A stretch of 64,000 bases of DNA from Tubiluchus corallicola. Lineage: Eukaryota > Animalia > Priapulida. Position numbers and translations under genes: made by a program. This document shows, piece after piece, positions 23,301 to 35,833 of this stretch. Each line of letters starts with the position of its first letter. Within the stretch, counting starts at the first letter, position 1. The notes under the pieces are model-generated. The model had not been told where the DNA came from. It saw nothing but the letters and a program-made list of their open reading frames with translations, and did not search any database. The stretch covers positions 124,001 through 188,000 of the forward strand of contig JAQGDQ010000026.1 of the NCBI GenBank assembly GCA_030141605.1. The letters are read 5' to 3'.

Positions 23301-26300
23301 CATATAGTCATGTATCAAAAGTAGTATTTTTAGTACTTAAATATTTTCTACAACACAGACATTTGTAGTTGCAACTTTTCCCCTTTAATATTATACACTG
23401 TTTGTACACCAAAATTTCCATTGCGGGTAAAAATGCTTTTACATCTTCCATTTGCTTTACAATTAGGGTAAACATAAAGAAAATGTCCACTAATGTTTAA
23501 ATGAATGCACTAAGCAGCGAATGTTAGAATTTTGTGGCGTCTACATTGGCATCAATGCAAGCTTTTATCTTGGTCAATGTAACTACCATAATCACAGTGA
23601 TAAAGAAATAAGGTTATTTCCTTCAACAAATGTAGAGTGACGTAAAATTTGTTGGCCGTCCAAAGCAATCACTCATAAATATCAACCAACCAACATGCGA
23701 CCAATGGTCACCATACTTACATATTGTTTGACAACCAGAGACGCACGAGAGCAGTGCAGTATGATAAAGAATCAGGCAGGACAGTTAATTCACAATCAGA
23801 AACATCAAGCTCTTGAAGGTGAATCAAACAGCTAATTTCAGATGGTAAAGATTGCAATGGATTCTCACCAAGATATAATGTCTAGAAAAAATGCAAAAAT
23901 CAATAAATGTAAAATAGGTCATATAAGTAAACTTCTAAAAAATAGTAACTTTTCAACATGGCAAGAATGTAGCACATACAAAATTACTCATTCAATATTA
24001 TTGGAAGCTAAGATGTTCTGATATAAAAATATAAGTTCACTTATAGCACTAATATCGTGCAAGTCTATAACGTAATTAAGTACAGGTAATAGTTTTGATC
24101 CTCATATACAGTCATATGTGTTTCAAGAAAAATTCTATTTCTCATAGCAAGTGACGCTCTATAGTTAGTGTGCATTTAATAAAACCTGTACTATGAAGTA
24201 GACATGTTTGCATAATTATGTTATAATTTATAAAGACTTGTAATGAGTTGCATCATAACTATAGGAGTGCAAAAATGTATATAACAACAGAATTGAATAA
24301 ATAGTAGTTGTGCTTCAAATATACTGTGCCTATTTGTTTTTTTAATAAAACTTATGTTCACCTTTCTGTTAAAAATATTAATACTGAGTATGTAAAGAAC
24401 TGATTTGTTTATTTTCAGAAAGCTGTGGTATGTAAATATTAATTCGTGCAAAATACTTACGGTCAAATTAATTAAGTTACATATTTTGCAAGGCAGTTGA
24501 CGCAGTTGATTTGAGCTGAAAAAGATTAACAACTTTAACTATTACATCTCTCTCCTACGGCAGCTTTTAACATGATTGAAATGTAACAGACAGTTAAGTA
24601 AGCTGTGTAGCAAAGACTTTACAATACAGTAGGCGCTGCTTAATAGACTCACTTTGGGCCCGACGTGTTTTGACCCAATTAACCAACTGAACCTATCAAC
24701 CGATGGTGTAGTATAGGTAATCAGCTTACTATGCACTGCAAAGGTTTTTAATGAATTTTAGAAATGAAGTAATGCCTAAATTCCTTTGTGCAGTTAAAAA
24801 TTAGAAAAAATATTTTAAAATATTAATGTGTATATGTGAATTAGCAATAAATTAAAATGTATACTTTTCTAAATCACAGAGTTTTCTAAGTTTATTTGCA
24901 AAAGTTACAATGATTCCTTCAAATTCGGCTGCTTCATTTTCTCGCGAAAAAGTTGGCCCACAAAGTTCTCGTATTATAAAAATGTTGAAAATCTGTTGTT
25001 GTTCTGAATCATCTGCTCACTTACATTGCCCTTATTTGCTGTACGATGTTTACTCTTGTAAGTCACAAGGAATCCTGGCTGATTACTGTTGTACCTGCAT
25101 CTTTGATTGTTAACTCATTAAGGCTGAAAGCATGATTTGCAACGAGAGCATCAAAAGAAACTGCTAGGCAAGCGACTAAATGTTTAGCTTCCAGAAATTC
25201 TTTGGGTAACAGTGGGCGAGCGGGTAGCAGATTCAAAGCAAAACCGCTATGCTAATGTATTAGTGCATGATAAACGTATCTGCTCATAAACAAAATGGTA
25301 CTTAACATGATTGTTTCTGCATACATAGTGCACAAAAGGGAAGTAAAATGACATAAAAGTAGGAAAGGCTTTTTAGCACATACAAAATATCTTATTTTAA
25401 GTAGGTGAAGGAAAAATATTGAGTCAATTACCGATAGTTTTTATGTAGATTTGAATAGAAGCGGTCCATTCCAGGCATTTTTGAGTCAATTAAGGGATTG
25501 AGTCTATTAACCGTGAGTCTATTAAGCGACACCTACTGTATTATCAAAGCCAATTTTTCAAAAAAGTGACTTTCACACAATATTATTTTGCTGGTTTTGT
25601 CAAAATTAGTTAATTTTCATTTTTCTTAAGTAATTTGCAAATTTGTGTTTTTGTTTTTATGGAACTTTTATAAAAAATAAAAAAACGCAGTGCCAGCGTT
25701 TGAATATTTGCTTGCTGTTTCATTAATTGGAGACGAAAAATAGAAGCTTATAAACATAATAAATTTACTATAAATCAGAAATAAAACTGAAATGAGAAGC
25801 ATTTTCACTTACTGAGCACTAAACTCTTTCAGTTCGATCAGGTTACCCAATGATCCAGGCAAATGTTCTAGGGCATTATTTGTGACATTCAGTATCGATA
25901 GTTTCCTCAAGTGTCCAATTGTATCTGCAGTTTAACAAACAAAGTGATCAGCAATCACTCTAGCTTACAAAACATGCAACATAAAGATACCTTGAACAAC
26001 ATTGTAACACAGAAATAGATTAAAAAGTATGTTAGGTCAAAGTAATGAAAATTGCTTTAAAATCGTGCCTACTGGCCAAGTAATGCACTTCAAATAAAAG
26101 ATAAAGCAGATCTAAAATGTTCTGCCAGTATTCATGACTCGGGCTGCAAAATCTAAAATGTTTATTTTCATTTGTAATTGGGCCAACAAAGGCCACATAT
26201 TTTGACGAACTCATCCTTTACAAAAAAGTGTGTCTTCCTGTAATACAACACAGTTACTTTGGTTATAGTACTAAACTACCAAATGCTTGTTTCGCTTAAC

Positions 26301-27456
26301 TAACGATATAAGATAACAAATTTAACAACCACATATGGTCTGCATTTTAAGTTGGACAGATATCATAACAATAATTAATTACAATTATATTAATCTCGAC
26401 GGGCTCATGACAATGACATGGTAATAACAGGGGAGAAAACAAAAACAATGGTACTGGTATCAGAGACTAACCTGTCTTACTGATGACTTAAAATTACCGC
26501 CGAGGGACTCTATTAGTAATTGCCAGCAAGAAAAAGTGTTAGGTTTAATTATAGACAACACTTTACCCTGGGAAACTCACGTTTCTGAAATACAGAGAAA
26601 GGCTTTGGCAAGTTTAGCAGTCCTTCGAAAACTAAGACAATATCTTCCCAGGAGAACGAAAGTAAAATACTATTTTATAACAGTTATGTGCAGCCATAGT
26701 ATTGCTGCAGTATCTGGGGTAACTGCGACCAACAAACATTACTGAGAGCCTTCAGAAATCAAAAAAAAAACATACTCAACCGAACCACGGAAACGCCCGA
26801 GAGTGATTTGCTTGCCACACTCAAATGGCTTCCTTTAGCTGACAAAATTAAATATTACAAAGGTTGATGTATAAAATTTTTAATGATTACTCAGCTGATT
26901 ACTTGAGAGAATCATTTACATATGTTTCAAACAGCTGAGTCCCACAAACTCTACTTACCAAAACCAAATATAGAAATTTTTAAACGTACTTCGCTTTTTC
27001 TGGAGCTCAACTGTGGAACTCTTTACCTCTGGAAGAAATTGACGCCAATAGCATCAATGCTTTTAAGTCACAATTTAAAAAATGCTTGTTAGAAACACTG
27101 TAGCCTGTAAACTCTTTTTATCTTTTTCTTTTCTTTCTTTTTTTTCATTGTGTTTTTCTTTTTATCTCTTACTGCACACATTTTACTAAAGTGTACTGAT
27201 TGTGTTTATCTTTGTTTATATTGTGTATAATTTGTATATTTTGTTTTATGCATTCTGTATAAATTGTGAGACTTAATTGTTTTTAAACTCTGTAAGTGAG
27301 TAATTTCTAAATCAGATTTTATGTCCCAGTATTTTAAATACTCCCAGTGTGCAATATTTTTGTAATGTTTTTGTCTTTATTTTATTTTGTGGACCACTCT
27401 TCAGAAATAACTAATAACTAATTGTTGGTTAAAGTGTTATCTACATTAAATAAAGA

Positions 27457-27502
<46 letters not shown>

Positions 27503-30285
27503 GTTGTAAAAACACCCTTTCATTTCGTTTAGAAACAAAAGTGTGTCACATCCTATTAGCAAAATATATTAGCGGGAGGAAGTGCCGTGACAAGCAGGAT
27601 TAGGATTGTCATTATAAACAGTACTGTACATTATCACAGTTTATAATATATTACCTACCTGGCAAAAACATGAGCATGTTGTTCTTTAAGTCAAGTTCGG
27701 TGAGGTTGATCAGATTGCCAATACTTTTCTGAAATATTAATTATTTATTAGCTCAGATCAGCTTATTTTATCGTAAATAACTTTTTTTGTTTTTTTGCAA
27801 ACAGCAAATACACACAATCATTAAAACACTGTACTTGTTATTATTCAAAAAAGATAATTCTGTCTAGATACAATCTTGATTGCTTCTAACTTCATAAATA
27901 TTTAAGTGAAACATTGAAAAAATTCCAAAAAAAATTAATCATGCCAATGACAATTATGCCATTTATGCAAAAGTTCTCCACATTCATGATATTTTGTGTT
28001 GTTTTGTGTGTCCACAGACATATTTTATTTATCTACCACTTAGAATTATTTATAAAATCACTTTTCATTTTTGCCCCATAATTACTAATAGTGATCATAG
28101 TTGCTTTGCATTGGAATTGGCAAAATAGTTTCTCTACAGAATTCATTGTTTTGCATTTTTTCAAAAGATCAAGCTTTTCACTAAAACACATTATCAGTCA
28201 GATATTTATAAACTGCACTTCTGTGATAAAAATGTTTGGAATAGAACATACTGGAAGTTCAGTAAGACAGTTATATTGAAGAAACAGCTCTTCCAGCCCA
28301 CGTAAACATCCCACTTCCTCTGGAATCTCACACAAGCGATTATTTGACAAATTGAGGGAATAAAGCTGGGGACCTACGAAGCCTATCCGTCTTGGACAGC
28401 AAGTCAAATGCATGTAACTGCAAAAAATGGAACAGTGAAATGCCAAAGCCATCATACACTGTACTGTACTGAAGTAAATTGTAGAGATTGTGGTAGCGTG
28501 ACGGACAATAAACCAGCAAAATCTTCAAATAGTGTTTTACACTTTCAGTTCTACTATGAAAACACAAGAAATTGGCCAAGTGAGTAGTATATGCTTAAAT
28601 ATCAGAAAACTATACTTTGCCTAAAGCACGTGCCTATTAGGTCTCTTATTAACTGTTCAGATTTCTACAAGAAATTGCAAAAAGCAAAGTATTTATTTCC
28701 CATAAGCATAGCATAGTACACCAGTTTAAATGCAAGTAAACACAAGATACATAGGCGCCAGGGTATTTGTTTACACTCTACAGAGTCTGGAGATTTAGGT
28801 AAATACATGTGTAAATAAATAGAGTACTGGGAAAGCACAGTGTAAATGGTCTGAAGTATAGTCTTTTAAGTCATTCGGAAAAAAAATTTGGCACACAATG
28901 TACAAATGAGTGTTTTATTATTCTTCATCAAAAAATAATTAAATGTGTGTCTATAAGCTAAACATCACTTTTTAGGCCCTCATACTTGTCATCTTACTTG
29001 GAATACAGTTGCCATTATGAATACATTTTTCCATATACTCTCTACCTTAAATCAATTTCAACAGGTTTCATTTTACATGCTTCTTCGACTACTCTATGAA
29101 CTGTGTCCCAGCTACCACGCTGTATGTTATTAGAGTACCAGGAGTTCCACATGATGCTGTTACTGTCAGATTTCTTCCTTTTCACAAGGGCAACATCGCG
29201 TTTAACCTAAACAAAATGACAGATATAGAGATGAGTGCTTCAGCTGAGTTATCACACAGCAGTTATCAATTTAGACAACAAAAAAACAAAAAACAGAAGA
29301 AGTCCCTGTCTTGAACTAATGTGAACCTACATGAAGTAAATGCTTCTAGATACAGGCACAAGAGACTTAAAAAAAAACAGTTTAGTATACACATGCCATC
29401 ACAGTTAAATCGGTAAACAAACTGTCCACAGGCACAAGAACAACAACAAACTAAGTGTACTAATCCCATTGTGTGATCAAAAATACAAATCATATACAAA
29501 CTGTGCAAGTAAAATATAAATAATTTGACGCACCAACTCCCGCAGATTATGACAATAGAATTTTCATCTAAAACACACGCAATGGTCACACACTCAACAA
29601 GTGCTTCTATTAACAACAATATATATGATAATCTTAAAAAAGGATAATAACAATGTAAACAACTTTATGAAACACCATTGGTTCTAGGCTCTATACTATG
29701 AGTGGCAGTTAATTGGAGAAATTTAATGAACTAAAACAGAATTTCATAATTAGCCACTATACTAATTAAAAAACTGACATTTCTTTAACTGTTTCCTTAC
29801 AAAGAGCTCAAAAGTTAGAGTGTAATCAGCAAATTAAGCTGCCCATTTAATCTAGCACATCTACATGATAGAGCAAATAAAGCGTTCAAAAAACATTCTT
29901 CAGTTAACAGAAATGGTGAATTTAACCAACCATAAATGTGTTATTTAGAGCCCAGTGAACATTAAATTATTACGTCATTGAATCACCAACTATTTACAGT
30001 ATTATTAAGAGACAGCATATGAAAACCAACTATATCATATTAAAAATAATTAAGGTAAATTACATAGTACACACTTACACTTGGAGAGCGTTGTGTTGAT
30101 ATGGCTGGCTCTGATGGTTTGTAATGGTGAAGCAGACCCCATATTAAACATATAACAGAGACGCAAACGGACGTTGCCATCGCCATAGCAATGGAAGTCA
30201 AATGAACATCGCCAGTGAATAAGATAAGATCTCCAATGTAATCCAACATGCTTTCTGGTTTGGGTTCAGCTACGTCAGATGCCAT
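17842..30285 (-). CDS. Leucine-rich-repeat protein, 461 aa, with N-terminal TM helix and LRRC58/LRRC69-like C-terminus, 10 coding exons
   Basis: Exons (minus) 30285-30079, 29206-29046, 28417-28252, 27728-27659, 25924-25813, 24515-24461, 23881-23721, 21784-21663, 21098-20937 and 18011-17842 are all GT-AG and in phase (1386 nt). It has about 9-10 LxxLxLxxNxLxxLP repeats, then SLKEISARAV..LPRQL..CSSC..RVPLYQQICSP. Confidence 0.88.
18507..19303 (+). mobile_element. Tc1-mariner (Tigger/pogo-like) MITE, copy 1 (degraded)
   Basis: TIRs cagtaggtgccatttattagactc and agtctattaaccggcgcctattg, with TA at the right end. The interior is homologous to 31649-32615. Confidence 0.85.
19500..19662. mobile_element. 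hAT-like MITE end with ATCGAT/ACGATA subterminal motifs
   Basis: Ends in ...gttaacatcccta. Similar acgata motifs near 18290-18330 may be the other end, which would make the Tigger MITE nested inside it. Confidence 0.4.
20202..20303. repeat. Compound (CA)/(CACG)/(TA) microsatellite
   Basis: Directly visible. Confidence 0.95.
22224..23098. repeat. Foldback-like element: inverted arms with a 21-bp minisatellite (TTTTGAATTCACATTTTGCAC)n
   Basis: About 19 tandem 21-mers lie at about 22700-23098. 22224-22341 is the reverse complement of about 22615-22740. Confidence 0.85.
24627..25538 (-). mobile_element. Tigger/pogo-like MITE, copy 2
   Basis: TA|cagtaggcgctgcttaatagactc ... gagtctattaagcgacacctactg|TA; reverse orientation relative to copies 1 and 3. 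Confidence 0.92.
26340..27501 (+). mobile_element. CR1/L2-group LINE 3' fragment with (TAA)n tail
   Basis: Degenerate RT C-terminus: DNDMVITGEKTKTM, LGLIIDNTLPWETHV, YCCSIWGNC and FAFSGAQLWNSLP. A T-rich 3' UTR and AATAAA are followed by (TAA)n at about 27459-27501. Confidence 0.85.
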
Positions 30286-31648
30286 ATCTAGATAATACAA
30301 AAATATTTTGTTGTGAAAACCTGGACTATAACAATGCCCTAGTACATCTGCAATAAACTCAAATTTTAAATATTAACTAATGACACAATCAGCTGACACA
30401 TTTGTAGCCAACAAAAGAAAGTTGAAATTCCTGTGCTCAAATATATTATTATCATAAGTTATTTTTAACAAGTAAACAGATGCTGTATGCAGTACCTCTT
30501 TGCAATATATGTGCTTCAGACACACTGTCGTTTCTGACTGCCGATATTGTACTAACACCCAAGCAAGTTGGTAAAATTAGCAAACTTGTTACTACAACTT
30601 TGTATAGCAAAACAAAGATTTTCAAGAAAAATTATCTTTGTGTGTAAGCATTTATTAGAGTCTAGAAGATAATAAAATATATATGAGAAGACTCCACAAA
30701 ATAAAATCTAAGAAATAACCATAGAAAAATTCTTCAACTACACAAAGTGATGTTGAAAAACCTTGAAAAGGCCAATGCTATGAATAACTTTTTATATCAG
30801 TATTTGTCAAAGAATCTTCATATACATTTCTCCCAGTGTGTTAGTCCTTCATTCTATGACACATTCTATGATAATCATGTCAATGGATTCCGATCTGTAA
30901 GTATGTGACCAGCTTTAAAAAATCAATGACACAAAGGCAAAAACATCAACGAAATTCATCTGACCCTTTAGACACCCCTTGCAAAAATGCAGCTAAGACA
31001 CAAAAGCTAATAATGCTTGTAATATGACTAAATGGAAAACAATACATGTGACACAGCAAACAAATTTTCTTTAAACTGTGGAATCACGGTTTTCTGAGTG
31101 GAAAGTCATGCAGCATTGAAATTACTGATGTATGAACATCGATGAAAGCGCTAATGTTATTTATCTCAACTTTCATAAAGCCCACAGTACAGTTGCCTAA
31201 AAAGGCCTTAGCAATCAACAGTCAAGTATCAGAGGGAAATTGGCACATGCTCAAGTTAAATGAAGAATTTTTGGCAAACAGAAGGCATTTAGGCAATGGG
31301 TAGTAAATTTCAACCAATTTAAGGAGGTATTTCACTAAAACTGCAAGGATCCATATTAGGCCCAATTTTATACAGTTTACCAATGATTTGCAAGCCAGAG
31401 TCACTAATCTCTGAAATTACTACATTAATACAAAAATCTATTGTCAAGTTTTAATAATTGAAGACTCAGCTCATTCACAGTAGGGTTTATTTCATCTTGA
31501 ATCCTCATATGATAAGTTATGAATCATAAATGGTTACTATAATTTAATACAGATAAATGTGTGCTGTCACATTAGAACTTAAAGCACATCAAAATATTAT
31601 TTATCTAACAGTAACTTAATGCAGGTAGGAACACAATATTACTATGTA

Positions 31649-32615
31649 CAGTAGGTGCCACTTAATAGACTCACGGTTAATAGACTCAACCGCTTAACTG
31701 ACTCAAAACCACATAGAACGGGCCGCTTCTATTCAAATATACATAAAAACTATCGGTAATTGACTCAAATAACTCTGCTTAATAGACTCAATATTTTTCC
31801 TTCACCTACTTAAAATAAGATATTTGTATGTGCCCAAAGAACCTTTCCTACTTTTATGTCATCTTTACTTACCTTTTGTGCGCTATGTATGCAGAAACAA
31901 TCATGTTAAGTAGCGTTTTGTTTGTAAGCTGGTACGTTTATCATGCGCTAATATGCTAGCGTAGCGGTTTTGCTTTGAATCTGTTACCCACTCGCCCATT
32001 GTTACCCAAAGAATTTCTGGAAGCTAAACATTTAATCACTTGCCAAGCAGTTTCCTTTTGATGCTCTCACTGCAAATCACGCTTTCATGCTTAATCAGTT
32101 AACAATCAAAGACGGAGGTACAGTAATCAAGCCGGCATTCCTAACAAGACTACACATTGTGCAGCAGATAAGAGCAATGTAAGTGAGCAGACGATTCAGA
32201 ACTGTTTTAGTTACGCACAACAACAGATTTTCAAAGTTTTTATAATTATGAGAACTTTGTGGTCCAACTTCTTCGCGAGAAAGTGAAGCAGCCGACCTTG
32301 AAGGAATTTTTGTAATTTTGGCAAACAAACAGTCTTAGAAAAGTCTGTGATTTAGAAAAGTATACTTTTTAGCTTATCACTAATTCACTTATATAAATTA
32401 ATATTTTAAAATGTTTTTTCTAACTTTAAACTGCACAAACAAATTTAGGAATTAGTTCGTTTCTAAAATTCATTAAAAACTGTTGCAGAGCACAGTAAGC
32501 AGATGACTCATACATCTATGCCTGTAATACTACACCCATCGGTTAATAGGTTCAGTCGGTTAATTGAATGAACACACGTCGGTCCCAAAGTGAGTCTATT
32601 AAGCAGCACCTACTG
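31649..32615 (+). mobile_element. Tigger/pogo-like MITE, copy 3
   Basis: TA|cagtaggtgccacttaatagactc ... gagtctattaagcagcacctactg|TA. Confidence 0.92.
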
Positions 32616-33271
32616 TAGTTAGAAATAATAGTTTGAAGCCTTCTACATCAATTAACAACCTCTCTTTCTCAGTAATCAATCTCAGTAAGAGTTGAGACAA
32701 GTGGTTATAACACTAGTAACATGTTTTAACATTGTATGCTTTCTACAACAAGTAGAGGCTATAAAAAGTAATTTTAAAAAGCTTGAAACTTGACAATGTA
32801 TGTGGGCAGTTGGTTGAAAAAAATCTTGTCATTGCTGCTGCTGGTCACCTAGGAAAACAATTGTCCCTGCAGACTGCAGGGTAACGTGTGGTAAAGACGC
32901 ATTGGTAATTTTGTAAAAACAAAGCATAAGATAATTTTTTGCATGCTATAGAATGTAAATTATAGAGCTGTCTAGACTGCAATTTTGTTGTCCAGAGTCA
33001 ATGTGTCGACAGCTTGTTGCACATTCCTGATATTGTTCCAGTGCAGTTTTCCAATTTTCAAGCTTTACTGCTCTCTTATAGTTAATTAATTTAATGGCTA
33101 AAAAACAACAGTCCGTCATGTTAGATAATTTTGGTCTTGTTTGTTTGTTTGTCAAGTTTGAAATTTCAAACTTTTCAATGAAAGTGCGAGACTCAAGCTT
33201 TGCCAAACTAGTTTTGCAGTGAGAATAGGATTTCTATTTAAATGTTATAAAGCTTGAACACGAGATTTTCA

Positions 33272-33321
33272 TGGTGACGAGGATGGGATTCGAACCCACG
33301 TGGGCAAAGCCCAGTGGATTA
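33272..33321 (-). pseudogene. 3' half of tRNA-Ser(GCT)-like sequence with encoded CCA
   Basis: Minus strand TAATCCACTGGGCTTTGCCCACGTGGGTTCGAATCCCATCCTCGTCACCA shows a long variable arm, T-loop GGTTCGAATCC, the acceptor 3' strand and CCA. The 5' half is absent. Confidence 0.85.
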
Positions 33322-33987
33322 ATGTCGCAGCCGACTCCAACCGGGAACCCCAGTTGGGTAGAGAATAGCAGTAAATAGTAGTGCTTACATCACAAGTGGG
33401 ATGTAACCAATGTACCAGAGGGGGATGCTGGCACAATTCAAGCTGCAGTGCTCTTGCATCTTTTTGAAGGGCAGAAGTCTGCTGCAGTAATACTGCTTTC
33501 TTCTTCCCTGGGGATCGGAGTCGCTGTCGCCACCCTGCTTTTTTGCATTTATGTGAACAATGATCCTTGACGTCAACATAAGTAAGATGACATTACATTA
33601 ACATAGCCATCCAAAAATCAGAAACCAGACTCTGGAACAGTTATAAAATGGAGATCTACACACAATCTCGCAGTGAAGCGGATGCCTGAATGAGCGTTTA
33701 ATGGAAGCGTTCAATAGTTCGCAAAACTAAATTTCGTGCTAAAATGTGATATCATCTCATCGATGTTATAAAATTGTGCTTTTAGTTTTACTTAAGTTAA
33801 AATGATACTACATGTCACCAAAGAACTTCTATAATTTACAGCTTACATACTCAACGACTTTCCAAAATTGTCGAAAAGTAATATGAAGCAAACGACCACG
33901 TAATCCAAGACGTAATCAATAACAAAGAAAAAAGCACGAAATTAACGGAAAATGGAAAAATTCACAGCCTCGCATCACTACTCATTA

Positions 33988-34874
33988 TGTTGGGAGCCGT
34001 TTGGACCACTGCGCCAAGTAGACCAATTGGTCTACTTGGGCTAGCCCAAGTAGACCGCGGTCTACTTGGGCTGCCCAAGTAGGACACTAGAGACAGGTCG
34101 TGAATTCAGTCGTTAAGTGTACTGACACCGTCCGTTGTGCTTGTTTATGTAATAATAATAATTAAAAACGTTAATACACGTTGAATAATTTATTATACAT
34201 CTAATAAAATAAAAGAATTTTATTCTGAGCTGGTAGAACGGACAATATTAAATTTGGTTTCGATATTAATGTTGTTGAAGTGAAAAAACCCCACTTTTTT
34301 GCGAATTCAACATTTGTTTAAGGTATATCATTTTTGATTTTGTCTCACTTCACAAACAGGTGATCCGTTTCACTACCTCTTGGGCAAATAATTGTTTTCT
34401 TATAAGTAAACGTTCTAGCGATCTATGTGTCCTACATGGGCTAGCGAGCCATGTAGGACAGTGCCCTACATGTTACAATACTACTGATAATATTAAAACT
34501 AATTATCCTTGCTTTTCTTAAATGTTAAAAATTACTTTTTGGTGTTGTGAAGGCTTAGCAGCATCTGTCTCATTTTTAAATTTGCAATTATTTCTGTAAT
34601 AACTGTGTGCAGAATTTCTCTCTTTAAAGCATTAGATACTAGGTTTAATGTTATGATATATTAATGGAGTTAATCATAATGATGAAATCATTGTAAGAAA
34701 TGCATTTGTAAATTGCCAAGGAATATCCATTTCTAAAAGAAATTTTGTTTTATTTTGCAAGAGCAAGTTTCTCGACAAAAATCGCTAGTGTCCTACTTGG
34801 GCTGCCCATGTAGGACACTACTTTTAGCGCATCAAGTGGTCTACTTGGCGCAGTGGTCCAAACGGCTCCCAACA
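33988..34874 (+). mobile_element. TGT...ACA MITE (Ginger-like), copy B, youngest-looking
   Basis: Perfect 38-bp TIR TGTTGGGAGCCGTTTGGACCACTGCGCCAAGTAGACCA and a 5-bp TSD CATTA (33983-33987 and 34875-34879). No coding capacity. Confidence 0.9.
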
Positions 34875-34981
34875 CATTAGGCTGACGCAAACGAGAAACC
34901 TTTTATAAACATTCATCAATTTGCAGTTCTAAAAAGAGAAAATGCATATTGCTTGTTTTGGTTACCTGTATAGGACAGTTC

Positions 34982-35833
34982 TGTAGTGCGCCGAGTAAAC
35001 CACTAGCCGAAGTAAGACACTTCGGTGAGGAAGCCCAGGACACTGACGATTTTTGTCGGCAATCGAGAATTATAATGACCATAATAAAATATAAAACTAA
35101 ATTTGTTTTACAGAAAAGTAACTTTATAATATTGATGGATGATAATTTACAAAATTAATGTATTTTTTACACCAGTATCATAAGTATTATTAGCTCCATT
35201 AAAATCATCATAACATTAAACTAAGTATCTAGTGCTTTTAAGGGAGAAATTATGCACACAGTTATTACAGAAATAACTGCAAGTTTAAAAATAAGACAGA
35301 TGCTGCTAAGCCTTCACAACACGAAAAAGTAATTTTTAACTTTTTAGGAAAAGCAAAGACAATTAGTTTTAATAATATCAATAGTACTGCAAAATGTTGG
35401 ACACTGTTGTATATGGCTCATTAGACAGTGTAGGGCACATAGGTCGCTAGAACGTTTACTTAGGAGAAAACAATTATTTATCCGAGAGGTAGTGTTCTGT
35501 CTCTGTGAAGCGAGAGAAAATAAAAAATGGTATACCTTAAACAATTGTTGAAATCGCATAAAAGTGGGTTTATTTCACTTCAACAACATTAATATCAAAG
35601 CCAAATTTAATATTGTCTGTTCAACCAGCTCAGAATAAAATTCTTTTATTTTATCAGATGTATAATAAATTATTCAACGTGTATTGACGTTTTTAATTAT
35701 TATTATTACATAAACAAGGACGGTGCCAGTACGCTTAACAACTCAATTCGCGACCTGTCTCTAGTGTCCTACTTGGGCAGCCCATGTACGCCAATTGTCC
35801 TACTTCGGCTAGTGCGTTACGCGGCGCCCAACA
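34982..35833 (-). mobile_element. TGT...ACA MITE (Ginger-like), copy C, inverted relative to B
   Basis: The interior is the reverse complement of copy B. Imperfect TIRs are tgtagtgcgccgagtaaaccactagccgaagtaagaca and tgtcctacttcggctagtgcgttacgcggcgcccaaca. Confidence 0.88.

Noticed and set aside
33272-33360. Functional or intron-split tRNA-Ser gene
   Set aside because: No D-arm or 5' acceptor strand is found on the far side of the adjacent segment.
33323-33578. Solo LTR as a firm annotation
   Set aside because: TG...CA ends are present, but the flanks (ttaa and taag) are not a clean TSD and there is no second copy. It is kept only as a hypothesis in the findings.
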